A stretch of DNA of 64,000 nucleotides from Parasitella parasitica NRRL 2501 (Eukaryota > Fungi > Mucoromycota): the NCBI GenBank assembly GCA_025201805.1, contig MU619277.1, positions 3,828-67,827 of the forward strand, read 5' to 3'. Position numbers and translations under genes: made by a program. Position 1 is the stretch's first letter. Each line of letters starts with the position of its first letter. This document shows, one piece after another, positions 11,698 through 24,514 of this stretch. Below the pieces are notes generated by a model. That model worked only from the letters and a program-made list of their open reading frames with translations, had not been told where the DNA came from and did no database searches.

Positions 11698-12716
11698 ATG
11701 GCTTACGAAGGTGGTCGTGGCGGCAGTAGCCGTGGTCGTGGTGGGAGCCGTGGTGGATTTGGCGGAGATCGAGGAGGTCGTGGAGGCCGTGGTGGTGGCC
11801 GTGGTGGATTCGGTGGAGGTCGTGGCGGATTCGGTGATCGTGGAGGCCGTGGCGGTGCCCGTGGAGGCCGTGGAGGTAAATTATTGATCTCGTAGTCTTG
11901 GATTGCATTACATATTAATTTGCTATGTCTTTAGGTGGCCGTGGAGCCCCTCGTGGTCGTGGAGCCCCTCGTGGAGGTCGTGGAGGAGCTGGCGGTGCCC
12001 GTGGTGGAGCCAAGGTCGTCGTTGAACCTCATAGACATACCGGCATCTTTGTTGCCCGTGGTAAGGAAGATCTTTTAGTAACCAAGAATTTGGTTCCAGG
12101 TGAAGCTGTCTACGGCGAAAAGCGTATCTCCATTGATGGTCCTGAAGGCACCAAGATTGAATATCGTGTATGGAATCCTTTTAGATCCAAGCTGGCTGCT
12201 GCTGTTTTGGGTGGCCTTGATCACATTCATATTGCACCCGGCAAGAAGGTTCTTTATCTCGGTGCTGCTTCTGGTACCTCAGTTTCTCATGTTGCAGATG
12301 TTGTTGGCCCTGAAGGTGCTGTATACGCTGTTGAATTCTCTCACCGTCCTGGCCGTGATTTAATCAACATGGCCAAGAAGCGTACTAACGTTGTGCCTAT
12401 CATCGAAGATGCTCGTCATCCTCAAAAGTATCGTATGCTCGTCCCTATGGTTGATGTTATTTTTGCAGATGTTGCTCAGCCTGATCAAGCACGTATTATT
12501 GCATTGAATGCCCATCACTTCCTCAAAAACGAGGGCCACATTGTTATCTCTATCAAGGCTTCTTGTATTGATTCCACAGTTGATGCGGCTACTGTTTTTG
12601 CTCGTGAAGTCAAGAAACTTCAAGAAGAAAGAATCAAGCCTCAAGAACAACTTACTCTTGAGCCTTATGAAAGAGACCATGCCGTTGTTGTTGGCAAATA
12701 TGTGAGAAACAAGTAA
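11698..12716 (+). CDS. NOP1: Fibrillarin (rRNA 2'-O-methyltransferase), intron 11876-11934
   Basis: RGG/GAR domain; [38 protein letters not shown]. Confidence 0.99.
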
Positions 12717-12961
12717 GAAAACAACCACTTTTTTATTAGTAGCACCTGTAAATAATGTTGGGTTTCAACCGTTAAAAAATTTAATATTTTCCCTCTTTCA
12801 TTCTCTCTTTTTCTTCTCCTTCATTCACTCAAAGCACAACAATTACACGCAACCACACGCACACTTCTTCAAAACCAGAAATATTTAGAAATATTGGATA
12901 GTTTATTAAAAAAAAAAACTCGAAAAAAAAAATATATTCTACTGTAAAATTAAACTTTTTA

Positions 12962-13413
12962 ATGCTGACTATTGCAAATTTAACCCCTGATCAATTTCGC
13001 ATTGATTTGAAGGCTAAAATCATAGAGCTTGTCATTTCCTTGGAAACCAAATATGAGAAGTGTAATGTATTGACTAGCTACAATAATATCTTGTACGTGC
13101 TAACTCGCCATTAGCTGGTTCAATTATTCACATTTATGAGTATCTAGTTGGAGATGAAACAGGCTGTGTGATCTTGAATACAAAATCAGGCAAGTGTCTA
13201 TTGACTGCGTGTAATGCATTTCAATGTCTAATACTTTATATAGCGCTCCAAGTTGATTCTGTGTATGATATAAAACTTGCGTTTACTGAAACTGTTGAAG
13301 GTTATTTACGATTATATGCCACCGAAATTGAATTAGAGGATTCTCTTGAATTCGACATTATCAATACCCAAAACAACCGCTCTGCTGTATTTTTAGAGAG
13401 AAAGCTTTATTAA
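12962..13413 (+). CDS. Small single OB-fold nucleic-acid-binding protein (SSB-like/At4g28440-like); 2 introns, the second probably GC-AG
   Basis: Spliced product [24 protein letters not shown]...[43 protein letters not shown]...[13 protein letters not shown]; LVGDETG is typical of this OB-fold group. Confidence 0.75.
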
Positions 13414-15700
13414 AGAGTTACTTTATTAACTTGGTCCATTTTATCAACCTCTATTTGCACAAATGCCTTTGAATCTTGCAGCACTTTGTGCAATTGAAGA
13501 ACTAGTATAATTTTGCTATTTCCTTCTTGGCCAATAAATTGTCGAGGTTCTGGTAGTCCTTTGCGAATGTCTACCATTATCAACAATGAGCTTCTATCGA
13601 AATATGTTTAAGCTAGATATAAAATACCTTCAAAAGCTCGTAATATGTGTGGTCCAAAGTGAGGGAATGCTCGAGCCAGATGCACAAAACCTGGAATTGC
13701 TTTGACTAGAAATTTTGATGGAACGCACGTATTGGAAGGCTGACCCTCTCGAGTAACAGGGAAGGCAATCCTCAGTAGACGAGGAAGTATGTGCTTTTCT
13801 GCCGTCATCAAGCTATCAAGAGATAAGTTATTCATGCAATTTTAGTCTACATGCGCGACTTACTAAGGTTCAAGGGGATATTTTTCACATAGATGACATC
13901 CGATTAAGATGCCAAAAATTTGTTTATCTACTTGAGGCTGCCGTGTTAACTCTGAGAGGAAATTAAAGACTGTATAGATGGACGGTATTAATTCTACTAC
14001 CATAGGGATGAGGTCTGTAGAGTATGTCTGAAAGTGTAAAATCTTGATCAAAATAGACTCACGGTCATCAATAAATATGGAATGTATAAATTCACATATT
14101 AACTTCCTTGACTTTTCAAGAGCATTATTGTTGTGTTTATCTTGAGGTTTAACTAGGCACAATTCAAGTAACAATTGAAGCATGACAGTATCCTGAGCAT
14201 TTGCAAGCGCAAGCACATTTCGAGAGTTGAATTGATTCTGTACATAGAGAGCTATTAATTGTAATTCTACTGTCTATGAGGAATCAAGCTTACCGCTGTA
14301 TTTGGGAAAACCGTGTGATATCTTTTCCAAATACGGTGTTTTGATGTAGTTCTTAAACAAGACAATATATGCAACCAAATAGGCAGTAATTGCTCAGACC
14401 TGAAGATGCGAGGGTCACATTTAAATGCTATATGGGGGTCTTGAATCAGATCGTTCAAAGTGTAGCATCTATATGACGAATATCAATAACCAAAGTTGCA
14501 TCCATTTGAATAATCGTACTCTGGTGTTAGTAGATTGATCGTCATTGTCCATAACGTATGAGGAATAATTCTGTTAAATGTCTCCCATGCTGATGTAAAT
14601 GCCTCTGCAATTCGGGTATCCAGTTTTTCGTCTAAAGAGGGCGGCACTAGTGTAGACAGCATACAGAGGGCGTGATCCTGACTATTGACGGTGACAACCG
14701 TTTCCAAATATGATAACACTTGAATAAATTTAGTACATCATTGCTGCAATTGTATCTCATTACGCTACCATCCACTACCATCGAAACGTTTGTCTCCCAA
14801 TGACCTAAAAGTTGCTTTAGTTCTGATACGGTCAAATTCTTTCTCCAATCTCTATAAACTGCTTTAATGTCCCATAATGCATCTACAGTCGAATTTTTTC
14901 CTTCTTGGATCAAGAAACTTTGGATGTCAAATAACTCTGGATATAAGTTTGCCGATAGCGCTAATAGATCTGAGTGTATAGATTTATACGCATTTCCACT
15001 TTGATATGACTCGACGTGATTTAGAATAAATCGAATAGGAATACGATCAAGAATGTCGACAGGATACGCTAGTTCTCGTATTGGTTTTTAAGTAATATAT
15101 GATCACCTAGTATTTACCTTTTTGTTCCCTAATGTTGTTCATTGACATGAGCTTGGGCTCAGTTCGAAATGCAATTATATAATCGTTAAATGTCAAAACG
15201 TATAAAAGCATCAGTATTTGAGCGGTCGATATTGCTGAGCAGTCTTCGAAATAATCGATTACTGTATCTTGTGAGATTTTATGGCATTGATCTGTTAAAA
15301 ATATACTAATGTAAAAAAATGAGTCCAAGTCTATTAAATTGAAAGAAGGAGCTTATAGTGGTACCTCAACACGAATTCGTTTATAACATGGGCAAATTTA
15401 GGGTGGATTGGCAATGTTGCATTCTTCATACATTCAAGCAGCCAAGATTGGTAATCAATGTTGTGGAATACGCGCCCTTTCAATAGCTGATAGAATGAAT
15501 CAAGATTGAAGGATTTTTTGCTCATAGTATGGAAATGATCAAAAGGGTAGAGCACAAACTTCAAATATGGCACCTCTCGAGAAAGTTCCTGCTCAGTGAC
15601 TGTGTGAGCCACTCGATTTGGGGAAGGTGCTCTGTGGGTGTGTACGGTACGGTATAATCTTGCTCCATTAAGCGGATCCAGCGAGCTTTTGATTCTAGCC
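13410..15700 (-). CDS. INTS2: Integrator complex subunit 2 homologue, multi-exon; only the C-terminal half is recognisable and the 5' end is uncertain
   Basis: [71 protein letters not shown] and TLPIHPKF are colinear with animal INTS2 motifs (AAQESAAVQILLEICL, LVHFQGYP, QPELEKQIF). Confidence 0.85.
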
Positions 15701-16059
15701 TTTTAATATTGAAAGTAGTTCATAGCCAACATTCTATAATACATTAGCTTATATAGAACAAGAAAGAGGCTCAGCCAAGATTAGCTCTTTCAACCCACCC
15801 TGAAAACGTCAGTTATGACTGCAGATAGAAAAGCCCTAACTCTAAAGTAATTTAGAGCATCAAGCTGAAGCAAACACAAGACATGGTGTGATCTTGTTGT
15901 CTTTAGACCTTATCGTTCATCGTAACCATTAAAATTAATGCATATCTGACCCGCAACTCCATTTTGCAATTTCCTTGATCACATAACGGAGATGAAGGAC
16001 GAGCCCCGCCAATTGATACCTGCTGAGGTAAGAGCAGCCCCCAATTAAAAAAAAAAAAA

Positions 16060-16095
<36 letters not shown>

Positions 16096-16359
16096 AGCAT
16101 AAGCGTAATGCCAAGTGAGGGAATTACATGTAATATACACGAATATAAACTTCTTAATATTATTAATATCCCAACAATGTCTTTATAGTCAGGAATCTCT
16201 ATGAAAACCAAATAGGGTATATATCTTCATAACAAAATCCTCACATTTCCCGACCAATCATTAGGGAACAGATATTGTGGGAATAAGGGAGGAATTTCTT
16301 ATTTCTCTTCAATCTTCTTTTTACAGAAATACAGCAAAGCTTGTTTCTTTCAGTCAAAT

Positions 16360-17657
16360 ATGGAAAGTAACAAAGATGAAGCCCTCAAGTGCCTTTCAAT
16401 AGCAAAGAGTTCTCTAGGATTAGGAGACTACGCAAAGGCTCTACGCTTCACTGAAAAATCCATTCGTTTATTTCCAACAGCTCAAGGAGAACGGTTACTT
16501 TCACTAGTAAAAGAAAAGAACTCTGAATCTAAAAAGTCTAAATCAAATTATACCACATCGAATACTACATCAAGTTTTTCTCGTCAACAGAGTAGCAAAT
16601 CTGAGTCTTCTACGGAACGAAAATACACAGATGAACAGGTCGAAGCTGTGAAAACAATTTTAGCGTGTAGTGGAGACTATTACAAGGTATTATCCGTTGA
16701 AAGATCAGCAACAGACGTACAAATCAAAAAGGCATATAGGAAGGTAAGTGAATGATATTGGAGGGTGGGTAACATGGATAATTGAAAAACGCGTTGGCAT
16801 CTATAGCAAGCCTTGCAATTTCATCCTGACAAGAACAGTGCGCCAGGTGCAGACGAAGCCTTCAAATGTAAGAATAAAGAATGCTTGTTTTTAGAAGTTT
16901 TCGTCTTGATACATTTTACATAGTGGTTTCCAAAGCATTTAATGTATTATCCGATTCAAATAAAAGAGCAATTCACGACGAGGGGGGAGATGCAGACAAC
17001 AGTCGAGGAAGAACGTCTTCTTACCATCAACACCATCAGCAGCATGCATATAATAGAAGATACGGTGATGAGGTGTCACCTGAGGATCTGTTCAACTTGT
17101 TCTTTGGAGGAGGCATGCGTAATAATTTCGGACCTAATTTCAGAGCACAGCAACAGCAACAGCGACATAGACAGCAGCAACAGCGATTCAGGCAGCAACA
17201 AAGGCAGCAGAGGGGAGATGATGGGGACTTTTCTGGTGGCCTATCGCAAATGATGCCGATTATTCTGATATCCATCCTCGCTATTTTCGCATTACTGTTC
17301 TCATTTAACGGAGATCCACTTTACACTTTCTATCCTCAACCACCCAATACAAGCTTGAGGAGCACTAAACCTAACCACATCAATTACTACGTCAATTCTA
17401 AAATATTTGATTCAACTGTGAAGAACAACATGTATAAATTTCAAAGAACAGAGAGGCAAATCGAAAATGACTGGCTGAGCGAATTAAGAGCTGCTTGTCA
17501 TCAAGAGCAGAGACAAAGAGCAAATTTGATGGCTCAAGCAGATGGTGTTGTGTTTGGTATAATTGGGCGAAATGAAAAAGCCTACAAGAAAGCTGAAAAT
17601 ATGAAGATGAAGAGTTGTGACGAATTGAGGAGATTGGCTCCAAAGATCAGAGGCTAG
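16360..17657 (+). CDS. DnaJ protein, DNAJB12/Hlj1-like (J domain, TM segment, DUF1977-like C-terminus), 3 exons
   Basis: MESNKDEALKCL; DYYKVLSV...IKKAYRK|QALQFHPDKNSAPGADEAFK; SPEDLFNLFFGGG; hydrophobic segment. Confidence 0.93.
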
Positions 17658-19144
17658 AATAGTAGCTCAAGTTGTAGCAGACAACAATAAACAAAAGAAA
17701 AAAGCCTTCATAGATTGTATTTTTAGCATAGCCATTGTATTTAGCAGAATAAAAGATTCATTAATTATACAAATCGCTTGATGTTTTAATGCCAAGCGTT
17801 ATGTCAACTTTGGGCAAACTTTTCAAAGAATGCTTGATCTCTTCTTCGTATGGTTTTAACGTGCCCGATTAGTCAGATTTTCAACTTGCTCCTCTGATAG
17901 CTGTCTACAATTCTCTTAAAAAACTAGTATCAAAGATGATTTAGTAAAGAGATAAATGCTTGCAGTAAAATAAGAAGTGAAAATACATTCGAATTGCTAC
18001 AAAGCTCTTCTTTTCTTATCATGCAGAGTCGCTCATTTTTACATCGAGTTGTATCCTGTCCCTGAAGCACACAGTTTAGGGTAACTACTGTCATGTACGG
18101 GCAAAGCACCCTGAAACAACGGGATCCAAATACGTTGTCAGCAATGTTGATATATAGGACTTTCGTGTATCTGATGTTTCCCATACGTTTCCCAATTATC
18201 AACGATACCGTACTTAACCACTAGTTTGATATTGCACTGGTTTCGAATGCTACCCTGCTTTTTTTTTATCATGGCGATGCATGGCGCAGATTTGATCAAT
18301 ACGTTTTTTGGAGTCGTAAAAGGGGGATGTTTCATCATTGAATTTAACTTTAATGCCTGTTTAGTCTTGTAAGTGCTACTTTTCTCGGATCAACTAGGTA
18401 AATTTGTGTTGCTTGATGATGCTGAAGTATTGCTACCTGGAAATCATACTTTAAAACAACTGTTCTGATTTTAGCAACACTATATTATCGATGTCAAAAT
18501 AGCAAATTCGAGCGGGGGAACCGCTATTTGAAGGATAGATGTTAATGATGGCAATAAATCGGCATAACAGCGCATACTTACTTTACAGAACATACTAGGC
18601 TTCGTATCTTTCTGTTATGCCAATAATTTGTTGCCTCGGATAATGGCAATGTTGAGGAGCAGCTGCAGCAAACTTTAGAATCAACAGTGAAGCTTGATAA
18701 CTCTAGACCGAATAACTTTTGAAACTCTTTCGCAACGGACATATCTGACAAAGTTGTCAACAAGTCAATTTTTCGGATGTTCCAATTTATTGTTTGCGCT
18801 TATATTTTGAAATAACTTTCACAATGCATGATATGGCTGCATGGATTGCTCATGTATAAATATCTGACATTTTGGCCACGGTGCCCACTATTTGCATGAT
18901 GCTTAGTCGGACGTCGAAGCAAAACGGTAATGCCGGTAGTACCTAAGAAGACCCTTAGCATGCTTGACCTCCTCAACAACAAAAAACGATAAAAATAGGT
19001 ACAGAACTGTACTTTAAAAAAAAAGTCGTTATAATGTACCCTGATGAAACGAATACAAAAGGGAAAAGTCGCCTTATTCAACCTTTTTCTTTCTTTCTTT
19101 TTCTTTTCTCTCAAGTAACAACAACATAAAAAGGAGTGTTGAAA

Positions 19145-21064
19145 ATGTCTTTCGATAAAGAGGCCATCAAGAATAATATCATCCCCCACGAAAAAGAGGA
19201 CTTCAAGTATACGTATGGCACAGCTGGTTTCCGTTCAAAGTAAGTCATGGCCTATTGGCAGGGAAAGAGTAGGTGGTGTTTATTCAGTTTCTATTTCTAG
19301 TGCTGACGTGTTGGGCTCTGTCATGTACAAGGTGGCCATCTTGGCTGCTCTACGCTCAAAAAAATGCAATGGTGTTACTATCGGTGTTATGATTACTGCT
19401 TCTCATAACCCTGAACAGGACAACGGTGTAAAGCTCGTAGATCCTCGAGGCGAAATGCTGGAGCAAACTTGGGAAGTATATGCTACAAAGCTCGCCAATG
19501 CAAAGGATGGCGAAAGTCTCTGTCAAGTTGTTGAGGAGATTGTTTCTCAAAACAAAATTGATGTCGAGACTCCCGCTAAAGTTATTTATGCATATGACAC
19601 AAGGTAAAACGAACGATAAAGCGTGTCTATTTGTTACTAATCGCTGCAACTAATAGACCTAGCTGCCCCCACTTGGTCCAATGCCTTGAAAGTGGCCTGA
19701 AAGCTGCTGGTGCCCAAAGCACAAACTTTGGCTTGAAGACGACTCCTATGCTTCACTATCTTGTCCGCTGTCTTAATACTGCCGGTACTAGCGATGCTTA
19801 CGGCGAGCCTACTGAAGAAGGCTATTACACCAAGCTGACTTCGGCTTTCACCACTGCAGTCGTAAGTGCTCTTGTTTGAAAACCAGCGCACCGTATTAAT
19901 GAATGCCATGTAGAAAGGAAAACCTCGCTTGTCAACTTTGCATGTTGATTGCGCTAATGGTATTGGCGCACCCAAGCTTCGTGAAATGACCAAGTACATC
20001 TCCAGCGATGTGTTATCTGTTGAGGTTCTCAATGAAGATATTACTACGCTGGGCAAATTGAACAACAACGTGAGTAACACAGTGCAAATGAAACTGCGGT
20101 TTTGGAACCCTAACACAATGAAATAGTGCGGTGCGGATTATGTCAAGACAAATCAACGTGCTCCCCCTAATGTTAACATCGCAGTTGGCGATAGATACTG
20201 CTCTTTCGATGGTGATGCTGACCGCATTGTCTTTTACTATGTTGCTGAGAATGGCTCTTTCAGACTTTTGGATGGTGATAAGATTGCTGGTCTTGCTGCT
20301 GCCTTCATTGCTGAGCTTGTTATAGAGGCTGGTATTGATTCCATCAAGGTCGGTGTTGTCCAAACCGCTTATGCTAATGGTAGCTCCACCAACTATCTTA
20401 CTAAAACTCTAATGGTTCCTGTTTCCTGTGTTTCTACTGGCGTGAAGCATCTTCATCACGAAGCCGAGAAATTCGATGTCGGTGTGTACTTTGAAGCCAA
20501 TGGCCATGGTACCGTTCTTTTCAGCCCTAATGCTCTCAACACCATCAAGACTGCTGAAGCGTAAGTCCATACGAACTTTTAATTGCCATATTTATCTAAT
20601 CTCGAAGCTTGAACAGAAAAACTCCTGCTGAAAAGCTGGCTCTTACTCAATTAGTTGCTTTGACTGATCTTATCAACCAAACTGTTGGCGATGCAATCTC
20701 GGACATGCTTTTGGTAGAGGCTATTCTTACAAAGCGCCAATGGAGCTTCGAAGAATGGGATCAAGCTTATACTGACCTCCCTAATCGTCTTGTCAAGGTC
20801 GTTGTTTCTGACAGACATATCTTCAAGACCACCAATGCAGAACGTCAATTAGTCGAGCCTGTTGGTCTTCAAAGTGAAATTGATGCACTCGTTGCCAAGT
20901 ACACCAGTGGTCGCTCTTTTGTGCGTGCTTCTGGCACTGAGGATGCTGTTCGTGTTTATGCCGAAGCCGCTACTCGTACTGAGACTGACGACCTTGCATA
21001 CAAGGTTGCTCAACTTGTCTATGATCGTGCTGGCGGTGTTGGCGAACGTCCTGGAACAAGCTAA
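19145..21064 (+). CDS. PCM1: Phosphoacetylglucosamine mutase, multi-exon
   Basis: [60 protein letters not shown]. Confidence 0.97.
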
Positions 21065-21620
21065 TCTCATCATAAAGCTAGTCTCCACCCAAAAAAACTT
21101 TACCCCTTTTATCAGCATGTAATCAAAATAAATATTGTCATCAACTCTTATCTATTACGTAGTTTCATCTATCCATAAAAGCACAAATCATAGTTGCTTA
21201 AAATTTTGGTTTTAAACATAAAAAAAACTTGGCCGCCTGCATGCTACACCATCAAAAGAACCTGGTCGGGGGGGGGGGGAAGCGGAAGTTGTTTATACTC
21301 GCTTTTAAAAGGTCCAGGACAAGTAATCATGCTAATGACATTTTCAATGCAAAAGAGATGTGGTTCAAAAGACCACACTACAGCAGCCACTCTCATTACC
21401 ATGATTTCATTTAAAATATATTTTTATTTGCTTTTTTTTTTCTTGGATAAAATGGATAGAAATCTACAAGCTATCAAACTGCTTTAGTTATTGTATAGAC
21501 ATTAAACGGAAAGGGGTTCGTTTATCGATTGAAAATTGACAGTTGATTTGGTGTTTGATTGATGTGAATGAAACGAGTTTACAGGAATACAAGATTGAAG
21601 AGATAAAATTCGAGAAATGC

Positions 21621-22244
21621 TTAATAAACGAGCTTTTCATCCTAGTAATTGAAAATTAATCTACGTTGATGTGCAAAGATACGAAACTATTGAAACTTAC
21701 CAATTCCTTGGCTTGAGCGTAACACTCGTCATACAATTCCTTATAGTCTGCAGCGGCCTTGGTGTCCTTGTTCTTACCACCAAAGACGATCATAGTAACA
21801 GAGGTTGGACGCTTAGTGGAGCTAGCCTCACCCAGTTGTTCCTTGGAGGGAACAAAGACGTAGGGCACATTAGAATCTTCACAGAGAACAGGCATGTGAG
21901 AGATAACATCCAAAGGAGAAATGTCACCAGCAATAATAACAAGGCCTTTCTCACCCTTACGGAGAGCTTTGCCAACTTCCTTAACACCACGACGAACATG
22001 TTTAACTTTGCTTGCTACATAGGCAAAGAAAGAAAAAAAAAAAAACGGGGTCAGTCTCCAACCCGATGTCTGCTCATACGAAACCATTACCCTTTTTGAT
22101 TGTCTTGTAAATCTTTTTGACAAGCTTCTTCTCAGCCAAGGGATGAGCAATAGGTGATTGGAAGCGAGGAGCTTCCTCTTCGTTGTCCGAGGTCTCCATC
22201 TTGGTGGGCTTGACCTTCTTTTCCTTCTTATGCTCCTTGGCCAT
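21621..22244 (-). CDS. NHP2: H/ACA snoRNP subunit Nhp2 (L7Ae family), 3 exons
   Basis: SPIAHPLA; RGVKEVGKALRKGEKGLVIIAGDISPLDVISHMPVLCED...ASSTKRPTS. Confidence 0.96.
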
Positions 22245-22394
22245 TATGATATTTGTTTACAAAGTAAGAAAACCCTTCACAGAAGCTGGACAAAAGAAGA
22301 AGAAAAAAAAAAAAAAAAGTTTAAACAAGACCTTCGTGACCCGTTTTACACAAGCAACAAAGACTCATTTGGCAAAAAGCCACCAGTTTATTCA

Positions 22395-23170
22395 CTAAAA
22401 GTTACCACAAATTGTCAACTCTCGCATCTGCTGCAAAACATCGTCCACTCGTCTGTCATTTTCATTTTCAGGAGGTATATAGTTTCTCATGCCTTCCAAC
22501 TTTTCATAACCTGTTTGCGAGAATATGAGCTGTGATTTGACAAGAGCCTCAAATACTGGGTCCAAATAAGGAACTCGCAGGTCAACCACTTTGGGCAAGT
22601 CATTGATCAAAATGGTATTGATATTCTCATACATCTCCCGCGCCAAGTTGGCTTCTTGCTCTGCTCTTGGTAGACGTTGAGGATCCTCGACTGGCTTATC
22701 GATCAGCTTTCTAACTTTGGACCTTTGGGCGTCGTAATCCAGCAACTTTTTGTTTCGTCGCTTGACTGCTTCATTCACCTCGGGAAAGTAGGATATAAAT
22801 CTTGCAAGAGGCTCCATAACTGCTTTTTGATAAGCAGGATCCTGATTTAGAGCATCAGTACACAAACACACCTTGAGGACGCATTGCATATTACCAAATT
22901 ATCCTTTGCTTCTTTCTCCAAAGCTTCAATCGCCCGCTTGTACTCGGTCAAAGCGTTGTTGGTGAAGGCATTGTCACCATAGAGCTTTTCCATAACCTGG
23001 ACTAGCCTTGTTTGCGAAGCAATAATTGCTGTAGCCATGCATGCGTTAGAATGACAAGCGATCTGTTTCAATCAGACATTACCTCTAGTAGAGTCAATGT
23101 ACTCTTTTGCATGCTTGGATAATTTCTCGGATTTCTTTTCGAGTCTAAATTGCATTTACCTTTCTTGTTA

Positions 23171-23202
<32 letters not shown>

Positions 23203-23470
23203 TTCAAGCGCTGTATTTTATTCCACTCACGATTTGAATCTTTCAAGCTCTTCATCAAACTCATTGTCTTGTGTTTTGTCTCCTCCTCCTGTTCTTTGTT
23301 TCAACTAGTGATGAAAAATGAACATTTACGCAGTAGTTAACTAGCTCTTTGTCTTCTTACAGTCGTTCCTGCTCTGTTGAGATTCTTCTTGATTCCTGAG
23401 CTATTTGAGAGAATGGTCAGGATCTATAGCAGTACTTGCAATGCATGTTTTATATTTACAGAAATGCCAT
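22395..23470 (-). CDS. RVS161: N-BAR protein Rvs161/Hob3, multi-exon
   Basis: SGIKKNLNRAGTT; KRRNKKLLDYDAQRSKVRKLIDKP; LRVPYLDPVFEALVKSQL. Confidence 0.92.
23173..23202 (+). repeat. (AC)n microsatellite in an RVS161 intron
   Basis: Uninterrupted acac run. Confidence 0.9.
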
Positions 23471-24514
23471 TTGGTTATATTTAAATTGTTATATAAATAG
23501 TTTATTGTCAATGAAAAAGGAGCAAAAAGAAAAGGAAAAAGTGGCAATATATCGAATGGAGAGAGAAGCTAAGCTTTTGGTTGCTATGCTGCTTGACGTC
23601 ATTCCCAGGTGTCCTTCTTGGCTCACTCATTGTACTACATTCAGTCGTAGCTACAGCGTTGTATTGTGGTTCAAAGACATGATGGTATAATTTTACTGCA
23701 TCCAGACCAAGAAAGCATGCAGAAAAGCATCTATTCACAAACATCTCCTATCAGCAGCATCGTGAAGAGTGGTTGTTCTGGAGCTGAACTGCTTATCTCT
23801 CAGGAACACATCCCCAGAAGAATATCCGATTTCTGTTTATAGTAAAAGCGTATTGAAATCGAACCTTCACCACCTTTAAATTGCATAACTCACGAGCATT
23901 TGTATTTTAACCAGGAATATTCTTTTGGGAAAGACTATCGCTACTGAAATGTTGTTCAAAGTAATGGAAAAAAAGGCGGTCAATTAATACTACTTTGCTC
24001 AGTGAAGCTACATAATAGTAGCTTCTGAGATAATATTCTACAGCATCTTAGCTGCTAATTTATACCATAGTGGTTCCAAATTAACTATAGATTTCATATC
24101 TTGCTCCTCAGTTCAAAATGAGCACTCTCACCTGGCAAAGCAAGCATATAAAGTGGCAGGCTGTAAATTCAACCTCCGCAGTATATTGCCATTTCAACTT
24201 GGACACATCCATATAGTGCTATCAATATGAAACAAAGCGCATTACACGATGCTTGTGATAGGCACAAATTCTAGATGTGCTAATCCCAAGCCAGAGATTT
24301 CAAGCATACAAAGCAGTAAAGACAAGATGAAAAGTCTGCAAATGAAGCCTCTCTGATGAATCATATATCGATAAATTACGACCTTGGAGTTTATTGTTGG
24401 CACAAGTTGATATCACCAAAGACGTAAATTTGGATTAGTCAAAAGCGCCAATTGGCACTGGAAGCACTTTATGTATATACATGTATAAATAATTAACAAA
24501 TGTAAAAAATACAT

